Shown here piece by piece: positions 49,519 through 62,298 of a stretch of DNA of 64,000 nt. Origin of the DNA: Polymyxa betae A26-41 (taxonomy: Eukaryota; Protista; Endomyxa: Phytomyxea); NCBI GenBank assembly GCA_003693705.1, contig RBZT01000790.1, positions 1 through 64,000 on the forward strand. Direction: 5' to 3'. How positions within the stretch are numbered: the stretch's first letter is position 1; every line of letters starts with the position of its first letter. The translations under genes were made by a program, and so were the position numbers. The notes beneath the pieces are model-generated. The model was not told the DNA's origin and did no database searches. It saw only the letters and a list, made by a program, of their open reading frames with translations.

Positions 49519-51729
49519 ATGAACCATGACCTGCAAAGTGAGGCCGGCGCCGTGACACTGCCCGCCTTTTGATTAACGATGCAGGAAGCCAAGGGCGATC
49601 TGTCGATGTCGGCGATTCCTGCAATGCGATGTCGCTATCGCCAGATCATATGCATGTGGCTGTCGGCGGTCGTCATGTCCTCAAGATTCTATCGATCGCT
49701 AATGAACGATTCGAGAATTCGGCGATTCAAAACCTTCGAACTGGAAAGGTTAATCTGACGTTCTCTTCCAACGACGTTCAGGTTGGAGAATCGTTTTGAT
49801 GATAGGTGTCGTTGATTTGGTTAGTGGTCGCCTTCGATGCCGAGCAGCATTGCAACGGCCGCTACTAATGGCAAGGTCGTCATCTGGGATACAGGAAAGT
49901 CGGGTGCATCTAAACAGTCTCGTGTTCTATCCGATCATACGCGAGCTGTTAACAGAATCTCTTGGTAATGAATGCTTTGAAATAGCTATCGCCGCTAAGT
50001 CTTCTCTTAGGCATCAAACCGATCCATTATTGCTTAGCGGTTCACAAGACGGATCTGTAAAGCTTTGGGATATCCGATGCAGCAATGCTTGCCAGCACAC
50101 TGTCGATGGGCATTTCGGCGCCGTTCGAGATATCCAATGGTCGCCCTTCAACTCGAATATCTTCGCTTCCGGTCTCGATAACGGCTTCGTCCAAGTCTGG
50201 GATCTGAGATCTGCAGCCAATCTTCGGCGGGAGATCTCAGGCCATCAAGGCCCTGTTCTCGCTATCGATTGGCATCGTGAAGAACCGAATATCATTGCCA
50301 GCGCTGGTCGCGATCGACGCATCAAGGTCTGGGATCTGCATAGCGAAGAACTCGTCCCCCGACATATCATCTCGGCGAATGCCAGCGTCGCACGAATCGC
50401 CTGGCGGCCGAAATACCCATCTCATATAGCGACGTCGTCGACTCTTTTCGACAGCCGCATTCACGTCTGGGATATTCATAATCCTTACATACCGATTGCT
50501 TCATATGCTTCGCACAGTGATGTCGTCACTGGTTTCGATTGGTTTCAGAAAGGCGACGCGGTCGTTTCCTGCTCGAAGGACTCGCATATTGCTATCAGCT
50601 CGATATCGGATGCGTATTGTCTGTATGAGCATATCCCGACATCCTGTCTCGATTGGGATGTCAGTGACGGTTTAGCGGTTGTCACGAATGGGCTTAAGAG
50701 AGTAGAGGCTTGTGAAAGGAGATTTATTCCAATGCCTTTCCATGTCCATAATGATGCGAAATCATCCAGGAGCGAGACAGTTATGAGATTTATGAAATGC
50801 TCAGATGCCGATGATCTTCGTCCTTTAACATCTCAGCAGCAATTCGTATATTTGGCGGAACGTTATCAGCTTTCCGGAGCTTCGTTCGAAGCACTATGCG
50901 ATCTTAATTCTAAAGTTGCCGATGATGCTGGTTGCCTGTATGTGGCTGAGGTTTGGAATATGCTGCCTTTGTTATTCGCTCCGATTCGGATTCTGGATCC
51001 GGTCAAGCGCAGACAAAGTAGCGAGTTGTACGATGTCGGAAGCATGTTCGAGCTGGTTCCTCCAGACGATATCTCGATGGAGTCACTGTTGGAAAGCCTT
51101 CCCAATCTGAAAAAGCGACCAGGTACACCGAACGAGGAACTTCGTGAGGCTGCGGTCCAAGATTTGCTCCTGAGGCTGGCTGATAATGGCGACGTCCAGA
51201 ACTGCTGCGCTATCATGATCGTATTAGGAAAGAAGTTCCATTCCGAGCCAGTGTTTACCAGGCGATGTCTCGTCTCATATCTTGGTATGCTCTTTCCGCA
51301 TTTCAGGTCGTGCTGTTAATCATGTCTGCTTAGAGCTGCTTCGTAGGCATCAATTATGGACGGTGGCCAACGAGTTGATTCGCTGTAGTCCCGATGAAAC
51401 CGTCGCCCATATGAATCAGACCGATACCGAAGTGGTTGCCATCTGTACTGGCTGCAGTGAGATTCTCGCCAAAGGACAGGACACCTGCCAATCCTGCCGT
51501 AAATCGACCACATGCTCCATCTGTCGAGGGAGTGTTCTTGGCCAGTTTATTCTGTGTCAGGGTATGCCTAACGATTTCCAATGTCATCATTGCGTTAAAG
51601 GTATTGATAGGGTGTGGACATGGTGGCCATCCAGCCCATATTCGGGACTGGTTCCGAGACAATGTCCAGTGCCCAACTGGATGTTTGCACCAGTGCCGAC
51701 CGCTGCAGTTGCCCTTTTGTATTCGATAA
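49519..51729 (+). CDS. WDR24: GATOR2/SEACAT subunit WDR24 (Sea2/Rtc1)
   Basis: WD40 repeats (ATAATNG, LLSGSQDG, IAWRP) and C-terminal ZnF/RING CSIC..CQGCGHGGH..CPTGCLHQC. Confidence 0.92.
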
Positions 51730-51851
51730 TATTGTTATTTATGTGAATGTTTTTATGTAAAAAAAAATAAAAAGGTTTTCACTCCGGTCCGTGCTTTAGG
51801 ATTTCGACGACCCTATCAGCCCATCACGACCCCAATTCGCAACTTCTCTAA

Positions 51852-52166
51852 GAGCATCCGCACCGGTTGCGCGATATCATGCGTGATTGGCAAGTTTGGC
51901 GTAAATAGTGCATGTGTGAAATTTTGGCGCTTCCCACAGGTGCGCTTTTTTATGCGTTCGTAATCCCGCAGCGCGATTCTTTGCGCTGGATTCAACGCAT
52001 GGAATCCGGCATGCGTTTAATAAATTTTCTGTATTTTGGTATCCAATCGCGCAGGAATCTGCAACACTGGTGGGGATTGTACCTCCTTGCGTGAAAAACG
52101 GTGCGTATTTGGTGCATGATTAGTGATAAATCGCGCACAAAAAACACGCAACCGGTGCGGATGCTC
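51852..52166. mobile_element. Tourist-like (PIF/Harbinger) MITE, 315 bp
   Basis: Perfect 20-bp TIRs GAGCATCCGCACCGGTTGCG / CGCAACCGGTGCGGATGCTC, flanked by TAA on both sides (51849-51851, 52167-52169). Confidence 0.93.
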
Positions 52167-52223
52167 TAAGTGCATCTTCTCACTCATCTCATTTACTGTC
52201 TGCCTGGGCAAGTCACTTCTTTA

Positions 52224-53370
52224 ATGGCGTCGCTAGACCAGGCTGTCGTCTCGTTCCAGGTCAAATGGAATACACGATCCTATACGGTTCGTCTGCAGGC
52301 GTCCAACACCATGGCCGCATTCAAACAGGAACTCGCCCAGATTACCAATGTGCTGCCTCATCGTCAAAAGATCCTGTCTATCAAGGATGCTTTGACAGGG
52401 AAACTGCCCACAGATTCAACGCTCCTTGCTAATGTCACTGGAAAGAGTGCCAATGATTCCATTGTGGTGATGATGATTGGTACGGCTGAGAGCGATATTA
52501 TCGTTTACGATGTTGAGAAAGAAGAGTCTGATATCCTCAACGATCTGGACATCGACTATTCCGAATCTGATTTAGCCATCAATTTTCAATATTCAGCGAA
52601 GCTGCAAAAAGCAATCAGCAAAACAGTTATCACTTTGATCCATCCGCTCAGGGAAGGGAAGCCACTGCTGGTTCTAGATTTAGATTACACTCTATTCGAT
52701 ATGAAGTCTATTGCAGCAAACTTCTTAGAACTTAAACGACCCCACACTGATTTTTTTCTAACGACCGCCTATAAGTATTTTGATCTCTGTGTTTGGTCGC
52801 AAACGTCTTGGACGTATCTGGTAGGTTTACTGGAAATGCATCTCTCTTCTTTTTTCAATTGTGATTAGGAGATGAAACTGACGGAATTAGGGCTTCTTAC
52901 TCATTCGGAATATCGTATCAGTTTCGTTCTGGATAAGACTGCTATGTTCTCAATCGATGGTGTCGTTGGAGGAAGAAGGAGAAAACATCAAGTTAAGCCT
53001 CTCGACGTGATTTGGCGAAAAATTTCTAGATTCCACTGCAAAAATACGCTTCACATTGATGATCTAGGTATGCCGGTTTCTGTTTTATCCTCGATACGTA
53101 TCTAACCGTATCATCCAGCTCGAAATTTTGCATTGAACCCTAAAAATGGTAAGATAGCTGTCCATTCCAACACCGCAACGAGTAAATGTTTGCTTCTCAG
53201 GATTAAAGATTACCGCTTTTAAGAATGCACAGGTAACCAGGCACAGTGACCAAGAGCTGTGTCTTCTTGCACGATATCTCGAATTGATAGGACGGCAGAG
53301 CGATCTAACCCAACTGGATCACAAAAAGTGGAAGCATTTTCTTGCTAGGCAAGGACCCTGTAGCGATTAA
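52224..53370 (+). CDS. UBLCP1: Ubiquitin-like domain-containing CTD phosphatase 1
   Basis: N-terminal UBL (VKW..VLPHRQKIL..MMIGT), HAD motif LVLDLDYTLFD, KPLDVIW, IDDL|ARNFALNP. Confidence 0.93.
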
Positions 53371-53832
53371 TATTGATATTTATCACATCTGAGCCAAAAA
53401 GTAATTCTCTGCATTAGCATTGCAGCTGTGTCAATATTCAATAATGTCGATATTCGAAGCAAGGCCTCTATTAGAATTTTCTTCTGTATCCATCTCCAAC
53501 CAAAAGAGACTGTCACCGTTGATATTATTGTTAAGAACTTTTTGGACAAATGTATGATAAAAGAGATTCAGCATCTACCAACTGCACGAAATTGTAGATT
53601 AGTTTTATTATAAATGAAGTTGTGTTTTCATTTCTTGTTCATTCGTAAATTCAGAGTCCGCTGAAATTCGACAGAGAGAAAGTGAAACACACAAGTGGGT
53701 TGCGCTACAGAGGGTTTTATTAACCTAGCTTATGTCAAATCAGATTGAAGGAATCTCTGTCTGATAACATCTTTTATCATACACTTTCCTCAGGCGCTGT
53801 CTCTTCACCTGGTCACCGGTTGTCGTCCACGA

Positions 53833-55378
53833 ATGTTCTCCACCCTCATACGATCAACAGTTGTCGCCAAGTCGAAAGTCGGTATCGCCAAAATGCGATC
53901 GGATCCGCCTTAGTTCTCTGTAGAATGCCATTCAGAAGCGGTTTCTAAATATTCATGAATATTTATCTCACGATCTGCTTCGAAAGAATTCGGTACTATA
54001 TCAGCTTTGAAAATGAATCTATAATCGAATTTATCAAGGTTCCGACCGCCAAAGGGTTTCCAGCCAAATCCCCACAAGAAGCAGTAGAGGTGGCTAAGAA
54101 GATTGGCGGTAAAGATTTTGTCGTCAAGGCTCAGATCTTAGCCGGTGGTCGTGGCCAAGGAAAATTCACGAATGGATTCCAAGGCGGTGTTCATCTGGCA
54201 AACTCGTATGAAAATAAGTCAGCTATACGAATTTAAGCCTGAACTTTTTTATAGACCTGAACAAGTGAAAACGTTAGCTGAGAAGATGCTGGGGCAGAAA
54301 TTAGTGACGAAACAGACAGGACCTGAAGGTCGTCCTGTTGACGTTGTTTACGTCGTTGAACGCTTATTTCTTCGGCGTGAATGCTACTTTGCGATTCTTC
54401 TGGATCGATCTGCTAATGGCCCAGTATTAATCGCCAGCCCTAAAGGAGGCATGGATATTGAAAAGGTGGCAGCAGAGACACCGGAATTTATCTATAGCGA
54501 ACCTGTGGCTGATTTAAAAGCCGGCCCAACCGACGAGCAGCTTAATCGTCTGGCTGTCGGAATGGGGTTCTCAGATGAATCGATTTCAGAGGCCAAATCT
54601 CTCATGTCGTCTCTTTATCAAATGTTTAGAAAAACGGATGCGACTTTGATAGAAATCAATCCGCTCAGTGAGACGCATGACAACAAGGTTCGCTGTACCG
54701 ACGCAAAGTTGAATTTTGACGACAACGCCGAATTTCGCCAAAAAGAGATCTTCAACCTTCGAGACCGTTCTCAAGAAGACGCTCGAGAAGTCGCTGCTTC
54801 CGAATATGGGCTGAATTACATTGGTCTTGATGGCAACATCGGATGTCTCGTTAACGGAGCCGGTATGTGTTATTTATCTTGAAGATTCCATCGTTGAGCG
54901 ATATTTAGGTCTAGCAATGGCGACGATGGATATTATCAAGCTTCATGGAGGGTCTCCTGCCAACTTTCTGGATCTTGGTGGAGGCGCTACTGAACGAGAA
55001 GTTACGAAAGCTTTCGAGATCCTGGATGCCGATCCCAGAGTTGAAGCTATTATGGTATTTCTGTTCTTGAACGTTATGTTTACCTTCACTCAGATGAAAT
55101 CGTATTAGGTCGTCATCTTCGGCGGTATTATGCGCTGTGATGTGATTGCATTGGGATTGATTAAGGCGGTGACCGACCTCGGCGTCAAGAAGCCGTTGGT
55201 TGTCCGATTAGAAGGCACCAATGTCGACGCCGCCAAGCAGCTGATTGAAGACAGTGGACTTCGTATGATGACCTGCGACGATCTCGATGATGCCGCTCGT
55301 AAAGCTGTTCGTGTTGCTGAAATCGTGAAGATGGCCCGCGATGTTGACGTGGACGTCAAATTTGAACTCCCCCTGTGA
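53833..55378 (+). CDS. Succinyl-CoA ligase beta subunit, mitochondrial
   Basis: [47 protein letters not shown]|[33 protein letters not shown]. Confidence 0.96.
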
Positions 55379-55814
55379 TAAATTGTTGCAGATTGTTTTA
55401 CCTCTATTGTGCTTATTTGTTCTATTCATTTAATGGTATAAAACAAAAAGCGGTTGATTGCATTTCTGCATTGTATGCTTTATCTTTGGGTTTCGCCCGT
55501 TTCGTATAATCTGTTCTGAGTTTCGTGTCACTGCTTCGTGACCCCTTTAAGATTTCCACATTTTACCTATGTATGAACAGTATCAGCATTAATCCACTCC
55601 AACAGCTTTAACATTAATTCCATCGCAAACGTTCTATAATGCGTGCTGGAAGTTAACAAAGAGCTAGTCGCCCAGCTCTTCATGCCAATGTGTAGAGACC
55701 GATAGCCAGCTTACATGAAAATGCATTATCTGTAACATACAAACTGGACAGACCATTGTAAGGTACATTATTGTAACCTATGGAACCATTTAATAGGGCT
55801 CGGTTTACAAAGCC

Positions 55815-58374
55815 ATGACAAATCTAGATCTCGTGAGAGAGATCATAATCAGATATCAAGACGTACTTGGTAGAGCGACCCGTCAACCTACCAATGCTGT
55901 CTGGGATCGTTCCAATCGCCGCCGCGATTCGAAAGCGGGCTCGCAGCGGAAAGCTCGAGCAATTCGAAGAGCGCATCGTGGCCCGCCTGGGCCTGCTGGC
56001 CCACATCGTCATCCGTTCCGGCAGCGATGGACACCCGAACGAATCAGTCGTCTCGGAAGGCGTCGCTCGTCAGGCAATCGAACGCCTGGCGCGATCTGCA
56101 GGGTTTTCGGAACATCTGAGCGATATCGTTGATTATGGCATCATGCTCGTCTTGATCGCCATTCATATCTGTCGCCAGACCAACTTGAAAGGCGACGACG
56201 TGCTGGTTCACGCTCGTCATCTCTTAAACGATGCTATCAACGCCACAGCGACCATCACACCGCCGCCCTCGTTCAACGATGCACAGAATCCGGAATCGCC
56301 AGCGGTTCTGATGAACGGCTCGGATCCGTCCTGGTCGTTGATTAGCAAAGCGATTGAGAAGCTTAGAGCCGAGGTTCTGGCCTCGATTCCAGCTGATGGC
56401 GTCACCGAACATAATGTCCTCTCTGTTGTCTGGCAGAACGACAACGAGGCGGATTTCAGTGCGCTTTCCTTAGAGAAGTATTTACTGACAAATATCGATA
56501 ACACAGCAGAACCGGGCGAAACCGATCTAATCGAGAATAACGCGAAACGCACCCTAATGATAACAAATCAGGAATTCGAACAGCAATCCATTGAAGACGG
56601 AACCGATAACGGGAACGTCGCAGGCGAGGGCCGGTACCTAGCTCTGCAAGCACCAACCGATCAAGATGCTGAGAACGAGTCCGCTTTGATGGTACCTTGA
56701 CTATATGATCCTCAGAGCTTTTGTACTGAGAGGATTGTTTAGATAGCGCCTTATGAGCCAGCTGAAGCTGCCGCAGAACACGAGTCGATGTTAAGGTCGT
56801 CGTCAGAGCAAGAATTGTTGATGTCTCGAGGGCCATCGCCGCAAGCATCGTTACCGCAGGCAACAGCATGGGAGAATAGAGACGCTGATCACGCCGACAA
56901 TCAGCAGCCGATCGGAGCCAACGAAAATGATGACGACGACAGCCGGTATTTGCACGAGATTCTGGCCGTACTGGTCCAGCTGCAAGACGGACAGAATAAC
57001 ATGACGAAAGAGATCCGGCTGCTGAAGGAGACCGTTGACGGGGCTTCCGGAGCGTTTAGCCACGCCAACCGTTCCGATGAATCGTCGCCGGGCTCGCGCC
57101 GACACATCCCAAAGCCAGCGGCGCCTGCAGCGGACGATTGGCGCCGCCTGCGTAAGGCGCGCATCTCCGAAATCAATTTCGACCCGCCACCGCCTCCGAG
57201 AAGCGCCCAAACCCAAGCGAAACACGCGGCCCAATCTTCATCGATAGAGCCGATGCAGCAGTTAACCGATTCGGCGAATTCTCCCAAGCTGGACCAGCAC
57301 GACGAAGTCGGCGTGCGCCAACAACGAGCTGGTGATGCCTCTGATAAGAAACCCCTGATCAAATACAAGGAGATCGAGATCGAGACGCCCGAAGACGCCT
57401 GGAGCGATGCGGACCGGAACCAGCCGTCGTACCGTCCCAGCATCATGGTCAGTCCAGCAGAATCGACGAAGAACCGTGCGGCATCGCAAGCGAGCGACGA
57501 AGTCACCGCACCGGCAGACGCCGGATCATCATTGGCCATGAAACGCAACACCCTGAACGAGGAGCTGCCGTCGAAGGTCGCCGTGTCGAAGGGCGACAGC
57601 GTATCGAGGAAGGCGTCCAGAACGAGCAGCGGCGATCGCTTCCGGCTGCCCGAAGAATCGGCGAGCGCAATTCTGAAGTCGGCCCGAGAGGTAATCGTGA
57701 ACGCCATGTCGGACGAGCCGCTCCAGACAGATCGTCGCCTGGTTCGCCAGAGCTCCGAATCCGAATCTGATCATATCCAGGCCAGCACGACCCGGAGACA
57801 CAGCTGCCGAGCTTATTGTTCGTGCGGGCACCAGACCAGACTGCCGTCTCGCGCCTGGGCGGCGGCGTCCGAATCGGAGACGAGCGCGGGGCGGGTTCGA
57901 GTGCGTCCCGCTGCCGAGGAATCCGATGATGACGATGCTGGCACGAGGCGGCGAAGCTCACCTCGGCGGCAAAGCTTTCGCAGACACGAGACGAGAACGG
58001 AAAGAAGACACGAAACGGGAACTGAAAAAGGGCATCGGACGCCGCAAAGTCGAATGAGAAAATCGACGAAGAGATTCGATGAAGCATCGCATTCTCATGA
58101 TATGCTAACAAGTCGGTATCTGGAGCCAATGCGTGAACCAAGGTCGGCGTATTGGGAGGAGTCTCCAAGGCTGAAGAGCTATGACGTCGGATCGCATCGT
58201 CCGACCAGATTCTATGGATTCCCGGAATGCTGCCTGAACCTACAACCGGCGCCCAAATATGATCTGTATTCGGGACAGACGACGAACCCGTACCTTTGGA
58301 GGCATTCGGATTGCCGATATTGCCAAATCGAGAGATTGGGCTTGCGAATGAAGGCGTGCAGCTTTTGCCCATAA
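55815..58374 (+). CDS. Large mostly disordered hypothetical protein (multi-exon)
   Basis: ORFs 55867-56700 and 56788-58374 join in frame via a GT-AG intron near 56692-56741. Cys-containing tail. Confidence 0.65.
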
Positions 58375-58566
58375 AACCCTAATCTTAAGCTGGATTTTGT
58401 AGTTCAGAATTGTAGCACGCTTCCTTGGCAACAAAAAAGTGCGCCCATTTTTGTCAATTATACAAAAATGCGCGTATTTCTCGGGAAAAAAAAATGAAGT
58501 GAAGCGCAAAAATGAAGAAAAAGTGCGCTATTTAGCAGTGATTTCTGATTCCGAATCTTTCCAGCA

Positions 58567-59104
58567 ATGAATAACGAGACGGTATTGCCGATAGAGCGGG
58601 ATCTATCAGAAATCGATTCGGGATCCGATGAAGAGATCGAGCAGCAGATGCCACCTGCCAGACAGGCCCGGCTGATACCGTCAATCTGTTAGTCTGTTAT
58701 CTGGTGCTTCGCCTTAGTTTGTGAACTGGCTCCTCTTAGCGCCGCCGCGAGAACCCGAGGCTAGCCCGGAACCGAGCAGCAAATCGGATGTTGGTCATCC
58801 GTTTCGGAATCTGTTCCAGAAGGAGTTGAGGCAGATGATGTATGGAAGTGGTGATGTCAGCAATCCGCTGCCAGAATCGCTCGATTTACTGGAAGACATG
58901 ACCGTCGATTTTATCACTCAGATGACCAGAAAAGCTGCTCGAATCGCCGGCAATCGCGATCGTGTTCGCAAGGACGACCTGCTGTTCGCGATTCGCGATC
59001 ATCCTCGGATGTTCGCCCGAGCTAATGAGCTGCTGAGAATGAATCGCATTGTCTCTGAGGCGACCAAGAAGATCGATAACACCGATATAAAAAAGTTAAG
59101 ATAA
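58567..59104 (+). CDS. TAF13: TFIID subunit TAF13 (histone fold)
   Basis: LFQKELRQMMYGSGD..NPLPES..LLEDM..DDLLFAIR..RANELL. Confidence 0.9.
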
Positions 59105-59105
59105 G

Positions 59106-60103
59106 TTATTTACTATGTTTATTCGGTCTCGATTTGTTTTCTTTTCCTGTTGCGGTTGTCTTCTTCGTCGGTATTCTGGTATCGAATACAAACCCTGCTT
59201 GTAGAGATGATGGCCGTATAGACGACGAATGTTTTATAAGCCGTTGGACTTCTTCTGGTTTCTGGTTCAAAAACGATCCATTTCTTGTAAGAGATGCCAA
59301 TAGGTTATCATTGTGTCGGTTGCTCGGGTTCGCTTTCGTAGACGTTTTCGTAGCAATCCATCTCTGAACTTCATGTGACGATTTGGATGCCGTCAAACGG
59401 TTTACATTCTGAGTATAATCGTCAGCTTTTGTGGCCAGAAAGCTTCAATCACGTTTTACCGTATCCCGGCTCCTAAAGCTAAACAGGTTTGCTGCTTTTT
59501 CTTCATGGATCGCTAGAGTGATAGCCTCGGTCTGTAGAACCGCATCTCGGGCCTAAACTCTTTCACATATCTAATTGAATCAGGATTGCATTGATACCTT
59601 CTTCTGTGCTACCAGAAGCCGCTTCAGATCCGTTCTGGGAATGCTTCGTTTCCGATAATAGGTTTCCTTGCTGAAATCCATTCCGGTGAATTCGTCATCA
59701 TCGGATTCCATACGAAGTTCCCTTATCGGAACAGACCTGCCTGGTTTAGCACTTTTCCAAACTCCTCCGTATTGTTGTACTTAGGTATGGGGGTAGATAA
59801 AGGCAATGGTCGCTTCTTCATAAACGGCAATGGGAGGTCGTTGTTATCATGATATTGATCATTATCTAACTGAACGTGACACATTCTATTATCGCCATCG
59901 ATATCGCCTTCGTCGTCGGTTTGCATTTCGTCGTCTTCACCGAACTCTTCGCGCTCGTCTTCGTCTGTATGAAGCAGCTCTTCATTGCTTAGATCATCGC
60001 CCTCCTCTTCGTCTGATTTAGCAGAAGATCCACCATCCTCTGCTTCTAGTTCAGACAAAATACGATCGAAGTCGTCTTCTTCGATGCCCGCGGGATTGTC
60101 CAT
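59106..60103 (-). CDS. Hypothetical protein, acidic N-terminus and basic C-terminus (multi-exon)
   Basis: ORFs 59723-60223 (from MDNPAG) and 59106-59396 with intervening short exons. Confidence 0.55.
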
Positions 60104-60263
60104 CGTGTCTGTTTTGGCGGCAAATAAGAAAACAACGCGGCCTCGTGATCTTTTTGGAAAATTGTCGAAAATTCTCAGCAAACTTGTTAGATGTACAGGT
60201 AAGAATTCATAAGAGCTAAACATCCAGGCAGATATCGATTTGGGAATTGAAATGTTTATTTAT

Positions 60264-62118
60264 TTACTGCCTCGTCTTAAGAACCGAAGCTAACGGCTTC
60301 TTGGAGATCAGCTCTCGGGCTGGAGTGGCGACCTTCATTGGAACGCGCTTGTTGAATTCTGTAAGCAGTCAAAAACCGATATCTCCACTAACATCGAAAA
60401 AGCGACATACTTCGAACGCTTTTCGTTGCTGAAAAGTGCACTGACTTCGACTTGGGTGTCTTCGGGACGTCGCCAACAGCAGCGTCCCCGGATTGATCAG
60501 CTGGTGGGGCTGCGGTGCCACCAGCATCATTGGATTTGGGCCGCTTCACAGGCGGCGATGGATCCGAGCTGACCGCAATGACCTGCGATTGCTTCCGTCG
60601 ACGATGCCGACGTCGCGGTCCTGACTCTTCCTTCTCCTCAGAAGTCGGCTCGGGAGTCGCTGCTATCAACGCATCAGTCAATGTGGCCAGTCGACAGACG
60701 TCCCACAATAACACTGACTTTCAGTGGCATTCTGGTCACTGGCCACGTCATTGGGCGACACTGTAACAGGCACTGAGGGAGTCGCCCCTCCTTCAGTCGC
60801 AGGTTCAACGCCGTTTTCGTACGGCTCAGGTGTCGTCTCGACTGTAAACGCGGTTAATTCAAGTGCATGATGGAATCCTCAACAGGCAGCTCACGTTTAG
60901 CATCGTTAACGTTACTGGATGCGTCAATGGAGGGGGTGCAGCCCGCGTCCAAGTCGGAGATGGGCTCATCGTTGTGGTCATCGGCCACAGGGGTCGTCTC
61001 AACGTCCGAGCTGGTGCTGTCGTCGTCCGACGAGTCCATCAGAGCATCCTCAACCTGGGCCTGAAGCGCGATGAATCTTTTCCGCAGATCATAGAGCGGA
61101 GCCCGGGACCGCTCGGCTGACTCGGGATCCGAGGCGGCATCGAACGCCAGGCTGGCGAATGTGGCTGCATTCATTAACACCAGTGTAATCAGATTTGTAA
61201 CTTGGACGTCTGCATCCTCTATTGTGGTGTTAAACAATGTATCTCGGAGGTCAGAGATCCAGAACTGACCGGACGCCATAGCAACGGCCTCAACATCTGC
61301 CACGATACGATCAAGAACCACCGTCTTTAGACGCTTGAACAGAATCTTGTCAAGACCTTTGATAGTAGTGATTGAAATTATGAGTTTGATGAGCGATTCC
61401 AGCACTTGAAAGGCGTGTTCATCATGTGTCTGAGGAACGCCTTCCAGTGCCACTTCAAGCTGTAAACGAAGTCAGGGTCATTACAATAGAGAGATTTGAG
61501 ATCTCAAACCTCATCCACAAATATATCAGCAACGTGCATGGCGATACCTCGAGTATCTTTCTTATCCTTCACGAAAATAGCCGACCTCAGAACATCAATC
61601 AATGAGTCGCATACAGACACCTTTGACAATGTCAGTAAAAGCAGAACCAGCATGAGCACACCGCACATCTTCAATGTAATCGTTGGCAAGAATGTACTTA
61701 AACAAAGACGTCATCATCTTTCTGATCAATGCTAAGAATTTGTTGAGTCGCAGATGGTCGGTACCGGCCCATTCTCGGACCATGGTCACGAAGAAGGCTT
61801 TCAGAAACGGGGCAGCACGGTCCGGAGACAGATTCAGCACGATATCTGCCGAAAAACGTGAGAAAGAAGAAGGCGGCGGCGGTTACTGTGTGCCAAACCG
61901 GCAAGGTTCTGGGCGAGTTCGTGCTGGATTAAGGGCTTATCCGACATCCACATACAGTAGTAGAGCGCCTTCCAGAGCTTCAAATAATCCTGTTCGGAAA
62001 GCTCTTTGCGTCGATCCAGCCATTGTTTAACAAGGTTCAGGGCGTCATCGCGGATGGATTTGTCGTTGTGGGCCAGTTTCCGAGCCAACGCGAATTTTTC
62101 CTCGACGCTGATCGCCAT
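60264..62118 (-). CDS. RRP1: Ribosomal RNA processing protein RRP1/NOP52
   Basis: ARKLAHNDK.IRD, KLWKALYYCMWMSDKPLIQ, REWAGTDHLRLNKF, GIAMHVADIF. C-terminal KSVHF (RVxF-type). Confidence 0.93.
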
Positions 62119-62298
62119 TGCTCGAGAATTCCTGGAAGTTTGCTTGCAGGTCGAAGAAAAAAAATTGCGGCCTCCTCACGGACTCCGGGTCGCACGAAAA
62201 AATTGCGATTTTTCTGAAAAAGCAATCTGAGCTTGACTTCTGGAAATAAAGTTTCAAGTCTCCCAATGCATAAAATGAACGAATATATAAATAGTATA

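Noticed and set aside
55109-55140. VVIFGG in place of conserved VNIFGG in succinyl-CoA ligase beta
   Set aside because: A single substitution next to an exon boundary with all other motifs intact; insufficient to claim altered function.
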